A program made the translations under genes and the position numbers. A stretch of DNA of 62,223 nucleotides, counting the filler, from Nemertoderma westbladi (taxonomy: Eukaryota > Animalia > Xenacoelomorpha), in the NCBI GenBank assembly GCA_032718475.1. It is 3 parts of 3 records of this genome, joined end to end, with 100 filler letters (N's around TTAATTAATTAA, not from the genome) between each part and the next. Parts side by side here need not be neighbours in the genome. Positions count along the whole stretch, not along the records: positions 1 to 16,182 come from JAUCBJ010000154.1; 2 more parts are not named here. One strand, written 5' to 3'. Below the pieces are notes generated by a model that did not search any database, was not told the DNA's origin, and was given only the letters and a program-made list of their open reading frames with translations. Below, piece after piece: positions 1 through 12,700 of this stretch. Each line of letters begins with the position of its first letter. Positions within the stretch are counted from its first letter, which is position 1.

Positions 1-10
1 TAGTTAGGTA

Positions 11-470
11 GTATGCGTTCTAACCCAGTAGTACGACTTATTCTTTAATTGGGGGTTTACTTTACAGCAATGGCTACCCCAACTTCCCAACCGTTCTTTA
101 TCGGACAAGGGCTCTACACACACTGCAATCCGTTCAGACCTAATAACAGACAGACAACTATCCAGCCTACAAATTATCTAAATAAAATTATACGCTACCC
201 GTACAGACTTACACAAACAAAGTACAGACTAAACGATGGCAGACCACTCTCAAGCCTAAATAAACCACAGGACATGCAGACTCCGAAATGATTAGGGAGT
301 ATGCGCTCTAACCCAGTAGTGCGACTTATTCTTTAGTTGGGGGATTACCTTACAGCGTTCGCTGCCCCTACTGCCTAATCGTACTTAATCGGACAGGTGA
401 TCTACACACACTGCAATTCGTTCGGACTTAACAGCAATCAGACAACAGCTCAGCCTACAAATCGTCTGGA
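11..470 (+). repeat. Diverged direct repeat, two copies with period 288 bp
   Basis: GTATGCG(T/C)TCTAACCCAGTAGT(A/G)CGACTTATTCTTTA occurs at 11 and 299. Similarity continues through CTACACACACTGCAAT and CAGCCTACAAAT. Confidence 0.8.
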
Positions 471-2241
471 CAATCTGATCAGGCTTACACGCCTTCTGTT
501 CAATACTGGCCTACAAATAAATAAAACTTGACAGAAATAAGTAAACCATATAAAGGAATAAGGGGTGATCAATCCCTAATCCCTTAAACAGCCTACCGGT
601 ATGCAATAATCAAATCGAATAATACTAGTGTACTTATACTGAAGTGCCGGTTAGAACAGTTAGGCCTACTGACCTACAGAGTGTACCGGTTCAGGTTTAC
701 CGGTTGACCGGTACTTTCAACTTTATTGCTCACTGCAACAAAGAAGCTATATCCTTTAATGTTCGCGCTTTCAGACCTTTGGCAGTTTAACCCACCAAAT
801 TAAGATGTCTTCTAGATATTAAATCTGTTTTTAGTCTATTACAAGTATTTGATTCACTACACTAGTCGAAACCAATCCGTGCGCGACCATTCACCCGCTG
901 GAGATTCCCGGGAGATTGGGTTCGACGGTTTAATTTTGTTGCTATGTAAGCCTAATGTATTATTCGACTGACAGTATTATATAATCTCTGACAATATTAT
1001 TTACCTTCGGGAATATTAACAGTTCCTTTAGGACGTGGCGCTTTAACTATATAAACAGAGTTATGACTTAAACTACTCACAACGATATGGCTTAATTATA
1101 ATTCACATATATGGCGCATTCTTTAGGAATTGCTTCTTTAACAGACTCACTCATACACAATGCTGCACAATACTGCACACTAATCTGCCAATCTTCACTG
1201 ATTTTAGTCACATATAAAAGGAACACAGACTGACTCATGTAGGGTCTATCAAATAACATTAGATTCACTTCAAACCACTTTAACATAAGTCACAATCGTT
1301 TATTTGTAACCCTTCTCTCTTACCTTCGGTATATCAAGAACATTGGGTTTCGGGGTTGTTTATCGTTATTCCAAATATAATAATTCATCAACCATATTAT
1401 GAAGAACTGACCGCAAATAGCAGTATAAAACAACAACTGAACACTGATTGTTACGAGTTTGCAATGTTTCAGCAGTCAGGATGTATGATCAGTTAGCAGT
1501 AGTCTTTAGGTATGTTAAATTGCAGTTAAAGGATATATGCCCTTTATAATTAAACCTACTAGTGTACGACTAAAACAGTAAAGCACAAAAATACTTCCAA
1601 GCCGTTCTTTCTTTGGCTCAAGACTGAATGTAAACACTGCACATAGGCATTGCGTCATTTCTCGGAAATTTTCTGTACAAGGAGCCACAAAAACGCTCTC
1701 ATTGGCTGACTGAACTGAGAGACGCCGTAGAACAAAGGAAATCAACACGTATGAATGTCAGCTGTTAACCGTAGTCATAGTAACTACTGTTCAAGAGTAG
1801 CTATCACCCTTTTGCGTCACGAATTGCCATAGAATCATAAAATATGCCTTTCACAGTACACATACGGAGGAAATAGGTCTTAGATCCTCTAAAAACACCG
1901 ATACAGCAATAATACGGTCTCTTACACTTATTAAATCAACTACAGAGTATTTTAATGTAAAAGATAATAAAAATAACGGGGCAATTCAGCAAAGGCTTTT
2001 ACACCGGCACCAACTTATTTGTTTTCATTTCTTGTGGGACTCTTGTTGTTCGGTACATGTCTACTATGTTGGGATAGATGAGCTTTAAACACTAAATTTT
2101 GATAAATAGCACGCGAATTTTGTTTTGGTTAGGAATTAATCATAATGTCCACAGGGGCCACAAGTTACTGTAGTAAGCGTCTGCCAAGACGAGTTTAATA
2201 AGTGGTACTGATGCTACAGTACTATTGTTTCCGAATATTAG

Positions 2242-2426
2242 GGGATGATGTTGCTGAGCAACGGAGTATGGCGTTGTTGCTGGGGATACCGTTGGTAGTG
2301 GATCTGGTGAGTCAGCTGATTCACGATGAGCTCCATCTGATTGGATCGACCGCCCTCTACGTGTTAGCCCTTGGGCCCAATCACAAAAGAGACAACATTT
2401 ACAAACAAGCGGCCGCAATACCATTG
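2242..2426 (+). CDS. ANKAR: ANKAR-like (ankyrin and armadillo repeat protein), internal exon a
   Basis: AG acceptor at 2240-41, GT donor at 2427. Encodes (G)DDVAEQRSMALLLGIPLVVDLV...KQAAAIPL and joins the next exon in frame. Confidence 0.7.
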
Positions 2427-3587
2427 GTTTGTGATGAATTATAAGAATAGAGAAATACAGTATATTGAATATTGTAATAAGTTGTTCAGAAATGGAAAAA
2501 TGAGAAAGCGCGTCACCGGGGGGCGAAAATTATAAGCTCTTCCTTAAATTTATATATGTTAATAAAATAGTGCAATCACTAGTAATACTTTCTTTTCTGG
2601 TTTTACTAATTTTTCTAGATTGTCATTCTTTATAGTGATAGAAAGGCTATTCGCATGTAATTTATTACTTGAATTAAAATAATTAATATGATCTGAAAAC
2701 TCGACTTTTTCTCGTTAAAATTTATAGAAAACAGCGCAAGAAAGTACCGCTTTCGCACACTATTTAGTACTTTGTATCACTATATAATACCAATACTACC
2801 AATAAAAATTAGCAATTTAAAGTGCGAAATTTAGCTGAGTCGGTAGAGTTGGTGGTATTATTTACTGGGTTTGCGACGTTTAGTGCCGCGGGTACTGTCG
2901 TACTACTGTATGCAACTAAAATGTAAAATTAGTACCGGTAACTCGTTTAATTTTCAGTACATCGTGAATTCGATATATCGGAAAGAAATCCTTGTCATAA
3001 ATTTCGGTTAACCGAAATTCAGATATTCGTCTTCGTGCAAAACTCAATTCACTCCGACAGAATAAATTAATTTCAGTCAATTGAAATTAGTGCCATAAAT
3101 TGTTTTTTTTCCGGTTCTATTTTTTATCGAAGAACATTTTTGTATGATTTTTTAAAATAAAAATTCGGGAAACAGGTTTCATTTTTCAGATAGATTAGTA
3201 TAAAGTATTCGATAGAAAATACTTTTCGGAAAGCCCTTGTCGCTTGTCGCTAATTTCAGTTGACTAAAATTGAGATATTAGGACCTCGTGTATTCAGTGT
3301 TGCACTCCGTCTTATAGGCTAATCAATAAAGGGAACTCAGTTCTGAAGAACCTGATATTGAGTATAATTGATTACTTTCTACCAATTTATTGTGCAGCAA
3401 TTGTGTGAGGAATTATTTCAGAAATGAACAACCTCTATGAGATTGGGCTCTTATTGCTAAATGAATGTAGCGTAGAATACAGTCTAATTTAATTGAATAT
3501 AATGTAGAATACAAATTAATGTTCACTTTGTGAGTGTTTCTGCTTACTCTTTTTGATATTTTTAATACCAAAACAATAATTGTGCAG

Positions 3588-3721
3588 GTGAGAATGCTCA
3601 AGTCTGATAAAGAGGCTCACGTTGTGTCTGCAGTTCGGTGCATTAGGAACATTTGCGTTGGCATTGGTTACGTGCCTCACGAGGGAAACAGAAAACTTGT
3701 TCTAGAACAGTTAGGAGCGAG
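3588..3721 (+). CDS. ANKAR: ANKAR-like exon b
   Basis: CAG| acceptor, |GTAGGG donor. VRMLKSDKEAHVVSAVRCIRNICVGIGYVPHEGNRKLVLEQLGA resembles recalled ANKAR 'VRLLR...VIRAVGSICIGVAHTSNPVSQQLV'. Confidence 0.8.
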
Positions 3722-3859
3722 GTAGGGTTGCGTATCCTAGAAACATACAGTAATATTGGCCTTTAATAAAGTATCTTAGCTGCACCGCGATATTATATAA
3801 AAGGTAAATATATATTTCTTGATCTCCTTAATTTATATTTTAATTATATTATTATCAAG

Positions 3860-4050
3860 GTATCTTGTTGCTTTAATTAACCATTCTTTGGCTAAAAACA
3901 TCCAATCCGAAGCCTCGTTAACACTCAGTTACTTAACTATTGGCAACCACGAACTATACGATGACCTAACAAAGGAAACGAATTTCAGCTATCTACAGAT
4001 TCTAAATATGATTTACAACTATCCAGTTGAATATAAAGTACTAGCTGCAG
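3860..4050 (+). CDS. ANKAR: ANKAR-like exon c
   Basis: AAG| acceptor, |GTTAGT donor. YLVALINHSLAKNIQSEASLTLSYLTIGNHELYDDLTKETNFSYLQIL...VLAA; phases match both neighbours. Confidence 0.8.
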
Positions 4051-4236
4051 GTTAGTTAGCTTATAGCTATTTCATTAAAAATGATACAATCTTATCAAAG
4101 GCTAGACGTCCACTTGGAGTAGCCCTATTTAATTTAATTAGAATATGAAAATATTTTCATTTTCTTTCTGTTTTAAAACGAAAAGAAAGTTTTTATTTCT
4201 TAGGTATTTATATTTATTTTAGTGATTCTGGTTTAA

Positions 4237-5359
4237 TCTGATCTGGCCCGGGCGTTTTTACAACTTAATTGTCCGGGGGGGGGGGGGGGGGGGGGGTCAT
4301 AAACCGCGCTAAAAATTGTTATAAAAATTTTCTGCCAATGCAACTATCATTTTTGGTGCAATTTTGGTCCTCCAGGACGAAAATTACAAGTCAAAAATTG
4401 TCAAACTAAAAAAAATTTGTGTTTGGATTGATAATTCTGAACGTATAAGGGTTTTTTTCTGGTCGCTGATCACGATAAAACTAGTTAAAAATATTTCTGG
4501 TAATGCAAACCCAAATTTGGGGCCATTCTGGTGCCCCAGAACGAAAAGTACAAGTAGCAACAATTTCAAACTGTTAAATTGTGCCTTTGGTTTGGTAATT
4601 CTGAAGCTGCAGTATACTGGTTTTCAAGGTCGCTGATCACGATGCAACTCGTTAAAATCATTCATGGTAACGCAGCTACTGTATCATTTTAGGTGCTTGT
4701 CTGGTGGGCGAAAAATACAAGTATTTAAAATCTAATTTGGTTGGATAATACGATTTTCTGAGTGTCATATTCATGATCAGCGTCCGAGAAAACCCATAAT
4801 GTCTAAAAATCAGGTTGATTAGGTGTTGATTTTTGAATATCAAATTTGTGCTACGTGTATTTTTCCTGTGTACAATATCCAAAAATGTCCTAATCAACAA
4901 TGTACGATATATTTCAGTGTCATATTCTTGATCAGCATCCCGAAAAACCTATTTGGTCATAAAATCAATTTGATTTTGTGGTGATTTTTCATTTTATCAT
5001 ATTTGCATTACTTGATATTTTTGTGCCCCAGAGGGCACATTCAAAATTACCAAAAATGTTCTCCAATGTTATATTTGAGTTCAATAATCGTAATCAGTGT
5101 CCAAAAAAACCGCTATATACCGCAAATAAATTAATTTTAGTCTATTATAAAACTTTTTAAAATTTTAGCACGAAAATTTCTGGAGATGGGTGCCAGAAAG
5201 CGACGACAGTTGCGTAATTGGCGTTTATCTGTTGGATAGCGAATTAAATTTTAGGACACGTCACGAAATTTCGGTTTTCCCAACAAACCTGACTGACTGT
5301 TAGATACAGATGAATTACAAAAGAATTTCCAAATGACCAGCCCCCCGGGCCAAATAGGG
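4237..5359. mobile_element. Decayed non-autonomous TIR element flanked by TTAA (piggyBac-like MITE)
   Basis: Left end TTAA-TCTGATCTGGCCCGGG (4233); reverse complement of right end TTAA-CCCTATTTGGCCCGGG (5363). Internal sub-repeats GGTCGCTGATCACGAT x2 and GTGTCATATTC x2. Confidence 0.55.
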
Positions 5360-6341
5360 TTAATGATAGCGACAGTATATAAAAGTGCTGATTACTGATA
5401 GTCCGTGAATCACGTAAACATACGGTTTCAACAATACCGGTACTGTCGGTCTACTGTTATCCGAGCAGGCCTAGCGGTGGACCGGTGCAACATATACTGA
5501 TAGTCTGGTAACTGGAAGTAATTGGTGGTCTACTCGTACCGGGGGTCTACCGGTAACAACGGGCCTAATTACAATGCTGTGTGCTATTGAGACTACGTGC
5601 GAATGATACAGTCTATGTATAAAGTATTTTTACCCGTCGTATAAAGTGAACAAGCGTTGAAGCGTATAAAGTTAAAATTACTTCCTCTTCAACGTAGAGA
5701 TAATATTTCCAATTTCGAATAAAAACTACTTAAATACGTAAAAATATAATAATTTCTCTAAGAAAACTACGCCGACAGCCCACAACCGCTGCCGACATTG
5801 ACTTACAACTGCTGTCCAGGATTTGGAAGTCACACAGAATACATCGGAAACTTAGGATTCTATTATTTAGAGCAGCAGTAGTACCAGTACTCGTCTATGG
5901 GAGTTTATATAGGACCGCCTCCTTTTCACATTGCATTGCTTTCGACTTGAGGTCCAGCCTGTATACAATCTTGTGCTTTGGCCGGAGCCTTCTGACATTT
6001 GACTTATTGTTTTGGTTAGAAAACCTCATACTGTAACCTGTTTCATTTCCTTAATTCATAATTAACATTAATTATCATTAGCAGTGGTTGTCGGATGTGG
6101 CGTAGCGTTTACACCCAAAGCAAGCTGGTTTAGCACAACGCTGCAGAATTCTTTGCCTTTTGCGAATGCTTTATCTGTAGCGCAGCAAATCCTACCAGTC
6201 AGATGACTCTTTATTAATTGATAATTTATTCGGTATTTTAGTACTAATGCTTGGTGCAGCTTGCACTATTGTACATGTGTATTGTGTATTGTTTACCTTA
6301 CTTGAGGCCAATATGTAAAATCTATTAAATCTTCCCAACAG

Positions 6342-6478
6342 GCGCGCTGGCCACATTCGCATATAACAACACGAAACAGCAACGGGAGTTAGCGAAAATG
6401 GGTGGGGTCCGTTTCACAGCTCTGGAGGAACTTTTACAGAACTCCGATATGGAAATAAGGCTTAATGGTGCATTCCAA
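6342..6478 (+). CDS. ANKAR: ANKAR-like exon d (too short for the ORF track)
   Basis: CAG| acceptor, |GTAAGT donor. (G)ALATFAYNNTKQQRELAKMGGVRFTALEELLQNSDMEIRLNGAFQ resembles recalled ANKAR 'GYALTLFAFNNRFQQ...AAFQ'. Confidence 0.85.
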
Positions 6479-6802
6479 GTAAGTATAATATAAGTACTAG
6501 TTTACTAGTAAATTTTACTTAAAATTAAACATAAAAACAACATTAACGTGTCAATAATAATATATTTGAAATTAGTCACAATAGGGTGAAACACAAGACG
6601 TAGTGGATGCGGTAACTCAATAGGCCTAGGGTCTATAACCATTCTGTAAACGAAAAAGTAAGATGTAAGACCAAAGTTATGTTGCATAGGGTTGGTTGGA
6701 AATGTTAAAAAATGATAGTAGGATATCTCTACGGGCATCGTGTGTACAGGCTATATGTTTTGTTTTTCAAAAGTTAAGGTATATGGTTAAGGTATATGTA
6801 TA

Positions 6803-7575
6803 TTAATCTAGACAGCTTCTGTAGTGCAGATCTTGAGACATTTTAATTTGCTGACTGAGTTTTTTTGTATTATTCTTGTGGACGCTAATGGCAGATATAC
6901 TTGGCAGATTGTGCTGCCATGCAGCAGTTGTATATGTATTGAATATATTAATATTTGTTAAGCCAGAAATATGACTGATAAGCAACCAGTTGAAGCAGTA
7001 GACAACTTTACTATTGTTACACTCAAAAGCATTGCTGAGTAACTGTAGTTTCTGCAGGTTGATTAACGTTCCTACATCAGTATGAAATAGTTTGTTCAAC
7101 AGTTCGTTCGGAATGTTACCGACCAGCGATAACCTTCTCATTGACTTTCTGATTGTTTTCAATATGTCTTCAGTGATAGTTGTCTCCAGGGCTGCAGAGC
7201 CGTATAAAATAGTTGGAAGACAGATGGAGATCCAAATTCGGGACACGACACTCAAAGGGAAATTATTAAGGCAAAAACCTCTAGAAATCTTACAATTGAA
7301 CTGCGACCAGCATTTTGAGTTAAGATCAGAGTTAAAATAGAGGAAGATCCAGGTACTTGCACGTTTGGGATGAGTTGAGTTTCACAGCCTGTGAAACATC
7401 CAGCTTTTCTCCTGCTATGCCCGCCCCGCTTGTTGTCCCACAAAGGTATTTAGTTTTTGATAGATTTAGTCTAAGCTAAACCAGGTACTCTGACACAATG
7501 TCAAAACATCGACAACATCCATTTTCAAATTACCAATGAGTAATATGTCATCCCCATAACCAATGCGGGCAAAGT
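6803..7575 (-). mobile_element. 5'-truncated, decayed non-LTR retrotransposon (RT C-terminal half)
   Basis: Minus strand reads IGYGDDILLIG (YADD-box variant, ~7530-7565) and, downstream, ICLPTILYGS, typical of the LINE post-RT region. Reading frame is broken. Confidence 0.65.
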
Positions 7576-7709
7576 CGGATTGCTACGTAGTTTCACAGTA
7601 GATAGCTCACTTGAACAGATTTAAAATAAAAAATAAGGTAAAATTAATTGATATCATAAGAACAAAAACAACAGAACGAGGCAGGGTGGAATTAATATGT
7701 GCTGTACAG

Positions 7710-9112
7710 TAGGGTGGTGCGTTTTTTACTTTTTTTCGATTTCATTGTTCTACCGGTGCAGGAAAGTTGCCAAATGGTAAAAAAATAAGGCAAAAAAATT
7801 TCTATAAATTTCATCTATATCTTCACGGATCCAAAGAGGGTTGAAATTTTGAGCCGTCGCGATGCGCCATAATGAAATTTATAACAATATAACACATTAA
7901 TGAAAGGTCAATGACTCAAGAAAGAACTTCCTGCATGCATCAAATGTCATCAAATGGGTCCAAACTTAGTTAGATACCAAAATTTTGATTTTGGGACCAA
8001 ACGAAATAGTGCCACAAACACGTGGCCAAAACCTACTCTTTGGCGCAAGTGATTGTTATTCTCAATTTTTGCGATGGACAACTTTTAGTTCTCCTACTGT
8101 ATTAATATTATGCTCATTAGAACCGCAATGACCGATTTAGTGGGGGTAGACACCATCAAAACAAGCGCAGAGCGAATAGTTCTTGAGATATTGCAGAAAA
8201 TGTTAAGTCCGGCACAAGTCAACATGAGTGCCTTGGTGATTTATAGACAAATACACAAAAATGTTACTTCTAATTATCTTAAGGCATCAAATACATCACT
8301 GCAACGAATTGATTTAGTGTATACAGACACCTTCAAAATGAAAGAGTATTGATTATTTGATTATAGTTTTTGTAAAAATCTGTGGAATGGGTCAACTCAA
8401 TATCTAGTATTAATTGGTGGACATAGTCTTGAGATTATGTAAAATAACTCAAGAACTAATGACTCTACTATCATTTTGAAGGTATCTACACCTACTACAT
8501 CGATCATTTTCTGTGATGTGTTTATTCTTGATTCCTTGAGATAATTCAAAATATAATTTTTAGTGTATTTGTCCATATCACTTCAAGGCGGTAATGTAGA
8601 CTTGTGCCGGACTTCACATTTTCTGCGATATCTCAAGAACTATTCGCTCTACGTTTGTTTTGAAGGTGTCTACCCCCACTAAATCGGACATTGCGGTTCC
8701 AATGAGCATAATATTAATGCAGTATGATAATTCAAAGTTGGCCATCGCGAAAATTGAGAATAAGAGTCACTTGCGCCAAAGAGTAGGTTTTGGCCATGTG
8801 CCTGTGGCACTATCTCTCTTGGCCCCAAAATAAAAATTTTGGTATCTAACTAAGTTGGGACCCATTTGATGACATTTGATGCATGCAGGAAGTTCTTTCT
8901 TGAGTCATTGATCCTTCATTAATGTGTTATATTGTTATAAATTTCATTGTGGTGCATAGCGATGGATCAAAATTTCAACCCTCTTGGGATCCGTCAAGAT
9001 ATCGATGAAATTTAGTGAAATTTTTTTTGCCTTAATTTTTTACCATTATTGACAACTTTTGTGCACCGGTAGAACAGCGAAATCGAAAAAAAGTAAAAAA
9101 CGCACCGCCCTA
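7710..9112. mobile_element. Almost fully palindromic non-autonomous DNA transposon (hAT-like MITE)
   Basis: Termini TAGGGTGGTGCGTTTTTTACTTTTTTTCGATTTC / GAAATCGAAAAAAGTAAAAAACGCACCGCCCTA with inverted arms of ~650 bp. 8-bp TSD CTGTACAG (7702-7709) / CTGTACAA (9113-9120). Confidence 0.85.
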
Positions 9113-9284
9113 CTGTACAATAGTTACAGTTTAAGCACACTAGATAATTATTACTGAACAGATTGATGATTGAATGCAAAATGCACGTGAGTAAAAAAAT
9201 AACAAAATATAAGTAACAAAGACGACACGGAACGAGGCAGGGGGGATTTGTAGGTGTCTATCCATCCACATTGCTATAAGGATA

Positions 9285-9936
9285 TTGGTTTCGGATGATT
9301 TGTGTAACCAAGACCAGTATCACTCTTTTGCCTCTCAACTTTTGGAAATTTTTCATTCTAAACTTGGCAGTTTACAACATCTCTATGTATATATTTGTTT
9401 CACATTCACTGACACATGTTGCTTTTGTAAGTTATATGGCCCTCTTGATAAATGGTCAGCATTTTGTTTTGAGTCATTTAATAATAAATTAAAGACCTCA
9501 GTAAAGTCACGACGTCAGGATATCATGCTAAAAGAATTAGTTTCTAAATCATCTAACCTTAAGGCAACTCCCACTATGAAGTCATTTAATCGGGCAAGTC
9601 CCGGGAATGCTATTCTCTGCGATGATAATGTTATCATTATTGTGTCATCAATGCTCTGCCGCCCTGGTAGTGCTTTAGTTAAGGGAAACAAACTGATCTT
9701 TTTGGGAAATGTATTTAAGTAATCCCTGTCAAAGCATTGACTATGGAGAAGGATATTTTACAGTAGGTGAATATGTTGAGAGAACAATTTCTCAGTTTAC
9801 CTGGTGTATTTGTGTTCCCGGTTTTGTTGATGGACAGGATTCTTATTTCATATCAGTTTTGTGTAATTCTAAAACATCATTTAGTATTTATAATAAACAG
9901 TTTATATTATTTGAATCTTATTTGATTACAAGGTAA
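9285..9936 (+). pseudogene. CACTA/Mirage (CMC superfamily) transposase C-terminal remnant
   Basis: YGPLDKWSAFCFESFNNKLKTSVKS matches the GPL...S.F.FES.N..L motif of EnSpm/Mirage-type transposases. Frameshifted, no N-terminus. Confidence 0.65.
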
Positions 9937-10418
9937 ATATACTCGGATTATTAAAAATTTATATAATATATTTTTATTCTAGAACGTTTTTCAAAAGTAA
10001 TCCAATAGCAAGTATATAGTTCATATGCGAGAGTCAGTTTAAATATTTGTATTAACGTTCGGTACTACGTTACTATGTAATGTAAGTGTTCGCAATTTAA
10101 TTCGGAAATTGAAATACAATCGAAATGAAATTGAAATGGATAGACCCCCCCCCCCCCCCCCCCCCTCCTTTCTCCATATATACAACTCCCTTCATACATA
10201 TACAATTCCCTGGGCCTTTGTAAGCATTTCAATTATAGTTTTACCACACAAGGGCATTACTGGCGTGGTTGTGGCGTTTTACCACTTGCGTGCATCGGTG
10301 TTTTTTCGCTTGCGTAATGGCGTCACAAGGTATAATTATATGATGTTGACAACCACGACTTTAGAGGGATTGTAATATTAATATTAAAACAATAAAATAG
10401 GACATGGGGTCTATTCCC

Positions 10419-11698
10419 GGTACTTTTGCACTTTAGGTCCCACCACCCAGATTTTTTTATATCAAGGAAACATAATATTATTATGTTCTAGAATATGAAT
10501 AGCATTATCTGAGAACATTTTTATGTATTCAGTTTAACATTTTTAATAAAAGCAGTAGCCTAAAATGAACTCTATTCGTGAGCTCATTTACCACACTAGT
10601 TCACTTGAAAAAACTTTAAATTGGTGTCGGGATAATTGTTTAATATATTCGGCTAAGGATTGTTCATCATGTGGCAATCAGATGCAATTAAGATCAAAGA
10701 CCGTTATAGATGGCGAGATGTGGCGTTGCCCTCGACCATGTAGAAAAGAGTTATCTATACGCTTTCATTCTTTGAACGGTCTCATTTGAGCATCTCTTCA
10801 TTGTTGGAATTTTCATACTATTGGGTGAATCAAGAGTCTTCTTTTGAGAAGATTAAGAGAGAGCTTGGATGGTCAGAACATACATATGTCGATTGGAAGC
10901 AATTCCATAGGGATATTTGCGCAGAAATGTTGATAAAGCATCCTGTGGTTATTGGTGGCGATGGTAGGACAGTTGAAATTGATGAGAGCCTATTTGTTAG
11001 AAGAAAAAGTAATGTTGGTCGTGTTGTAACACAGCAGTGGGTTTTTGGCGGTATTGATCGTGAAACTAAAGAAGTATTTCTGGTGCCTGTTGAGAATCGA
11101 TCAGCTGAAACGCTGCTTCCAATAATACAGGAGTATATTCACCCGAACACTATAATAATGTCGGATCTCTGGGCGGCCTATAACGGCATTGAAAACCTTC
11201 CGGAAGGCTACCATCACGAGACAGTCAACCACAGCAAAAATTTCGTTGATCCTGACACTGGAGCTCATACGCAGTCAGTGGAGAATATGTGGATGCGTGC
11301 AAAGAAACGAAACAAGAGAGAATGCGGAACTCATAGACTACTGCTAGAAAGTTATCTCATCGAGTTCATGTGGAGGGAAAAAAATAAAACAAAGCTGAAC
11401 AAGATGGAGGCATTTTTCAGCGATGTCAAGGAATTATATTTTATTAAATAAATTTACCGGTACTTTTTTTTAGCTATTTAATTACATAAAATGATTTAAC
11501 GCTTGACTATTTTAAATAAAAATAAATAAATAAACCTTTTTGTTTTGGGTTAGGGTTGATCGGGGGTGCAACATAATCTAACATTTTTTATACCAAAAAT
11601 GTTCCTAGATAGTCACACTAACCTTGTAGTAGTGTAATTTGCATAAAAAACACACACAAAAAAAATCTAGGGGTGGGGACCTAAAGTGCAAAAATCCC
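10419..11698 (+). mobile_element. Merlin (IS1595/IS1016-related) DNA transposon
   Basis: ~40-bp TIRs beginning with GG: GGTACTTTTGCACTTTAGGTCCCACCACCCAGATTTTTTT vs reverse complement GGGATTTTTGCACTTTAGGTCCCCACCCCTAGATTTTTTT. They enclose the transposase. Confidence 0.9.
10565..11451 (+). pseudogene. Merlin/IS1595-family DDE transposase with one frameshift near 10762
   Basis: N-terminal zinc ribbon CSSC...WRCPRPC (ORF 10565-10789). DDE core VEIDESLF..R, WVFGGIDR, IMSDLWAAY, HETVNHSKNFVDPDTGAHTQSVENMW (ORF 10786-11451). SFFERSHLS is read in the shifted frame. Confidence 0.9.
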
Positions 11699-12609
11699 AA
11701 TAAGAGCCAATAAGGGATTGTAATATTAATATTAAAACAATAAAATAGGACATGGGGTCTATTCCCTCAGATACTACCTAGCATTTAGGGCCACTTGGGC
11801 CACTGTTACTACTCAGGCACTAGGCCCATCAAAAAATACAAAACAAAATACCAAATCGATTTTAGTGCTACATAAACCATAGACCTACATAAACAAGGTA
11901 TAGACATTTCGCATGTGTGGCGCTTGCGCATAAGTGGTGTAAGATAATACGCCACTAATGCGCCAATACGACCTTACGCCGGCGCATAAGCGCCGGCGTA
12001 TTTTACACTGGGATTTTTCCGAATCTCGCATTTTTCAATATTTGAAGTGCCACACCCTAATTTTGGTGCTCCAAAAATGACGATCCACTAAGTCTTGAGG
12101 CTTCGATAATATTTTCAATCGATTCAGCGGTCCAGAAAACCTATAAAAACGCGTTGAAATCAAAAGATGGGGGTATTTTCCGAATATCGTATTTTTCAAA
12201 ATTTGAAGTGCCACGCCCACTTCTTAGGTGCGCGAAAAATAGCATCCAGTTCAATTTTCGGAAATGGAATATAATCACATTCGATTCAGCGTAGTGAAAA
12301 ACCTACTAATGCTACCCAACAATGCCACGCTATCAGTTTTTAGAATATCAAAAAAATGTATATTTTGTCCTGGGACTACTTCTATTATTCATGAAAATTA
12401 TTATACCCATCTTATGAAATTTTCATTTTTTTGGATTGGAAAATGTTCTTCGATAATTTTTTCACCTACAGTCTAAATTTCGTAGGATTTTATTGGATGA
12501 TTACAAAAATACAGCGGGGGGGGGGGGGGGGGGGGGCGAATCGACCCCCCGCCAGTGCTGCTAATGGTCAAAACACCCCAGTGGTAATAGGATTAAAGTA
12601 GTACTGTGA

Positions 12610-12700
12610 TTACCTTGGCCCAAGCCAGGTCTCTTGCAGAAACATGATGTCAGGAGCCTCATTCTGCATGAACTGGTCAATGAAGAGCTTGTTCCTTATT
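12610..12700 (-). mobile_element. LINE apurinic endonuclease N-terminal fragment
   Basis: PDIMFLQETWL is the conserved APE motif of LINE ORF2. The frame ends right after it. Confidence 0.55.

Noticed and set aside
1092-1770. Short ORFs and a possible extra exon upstream of ANKAR exon a
   Set aside because: No recognisable homology and no convincing phase-compatible splice sites.
10565-11451. Bacterial IS1595 contamination or horizontal transfer
   Set aside because: The eukaryotic Merlin superfamily explains it, and it is embedded in an intron among other metazoan transposons.
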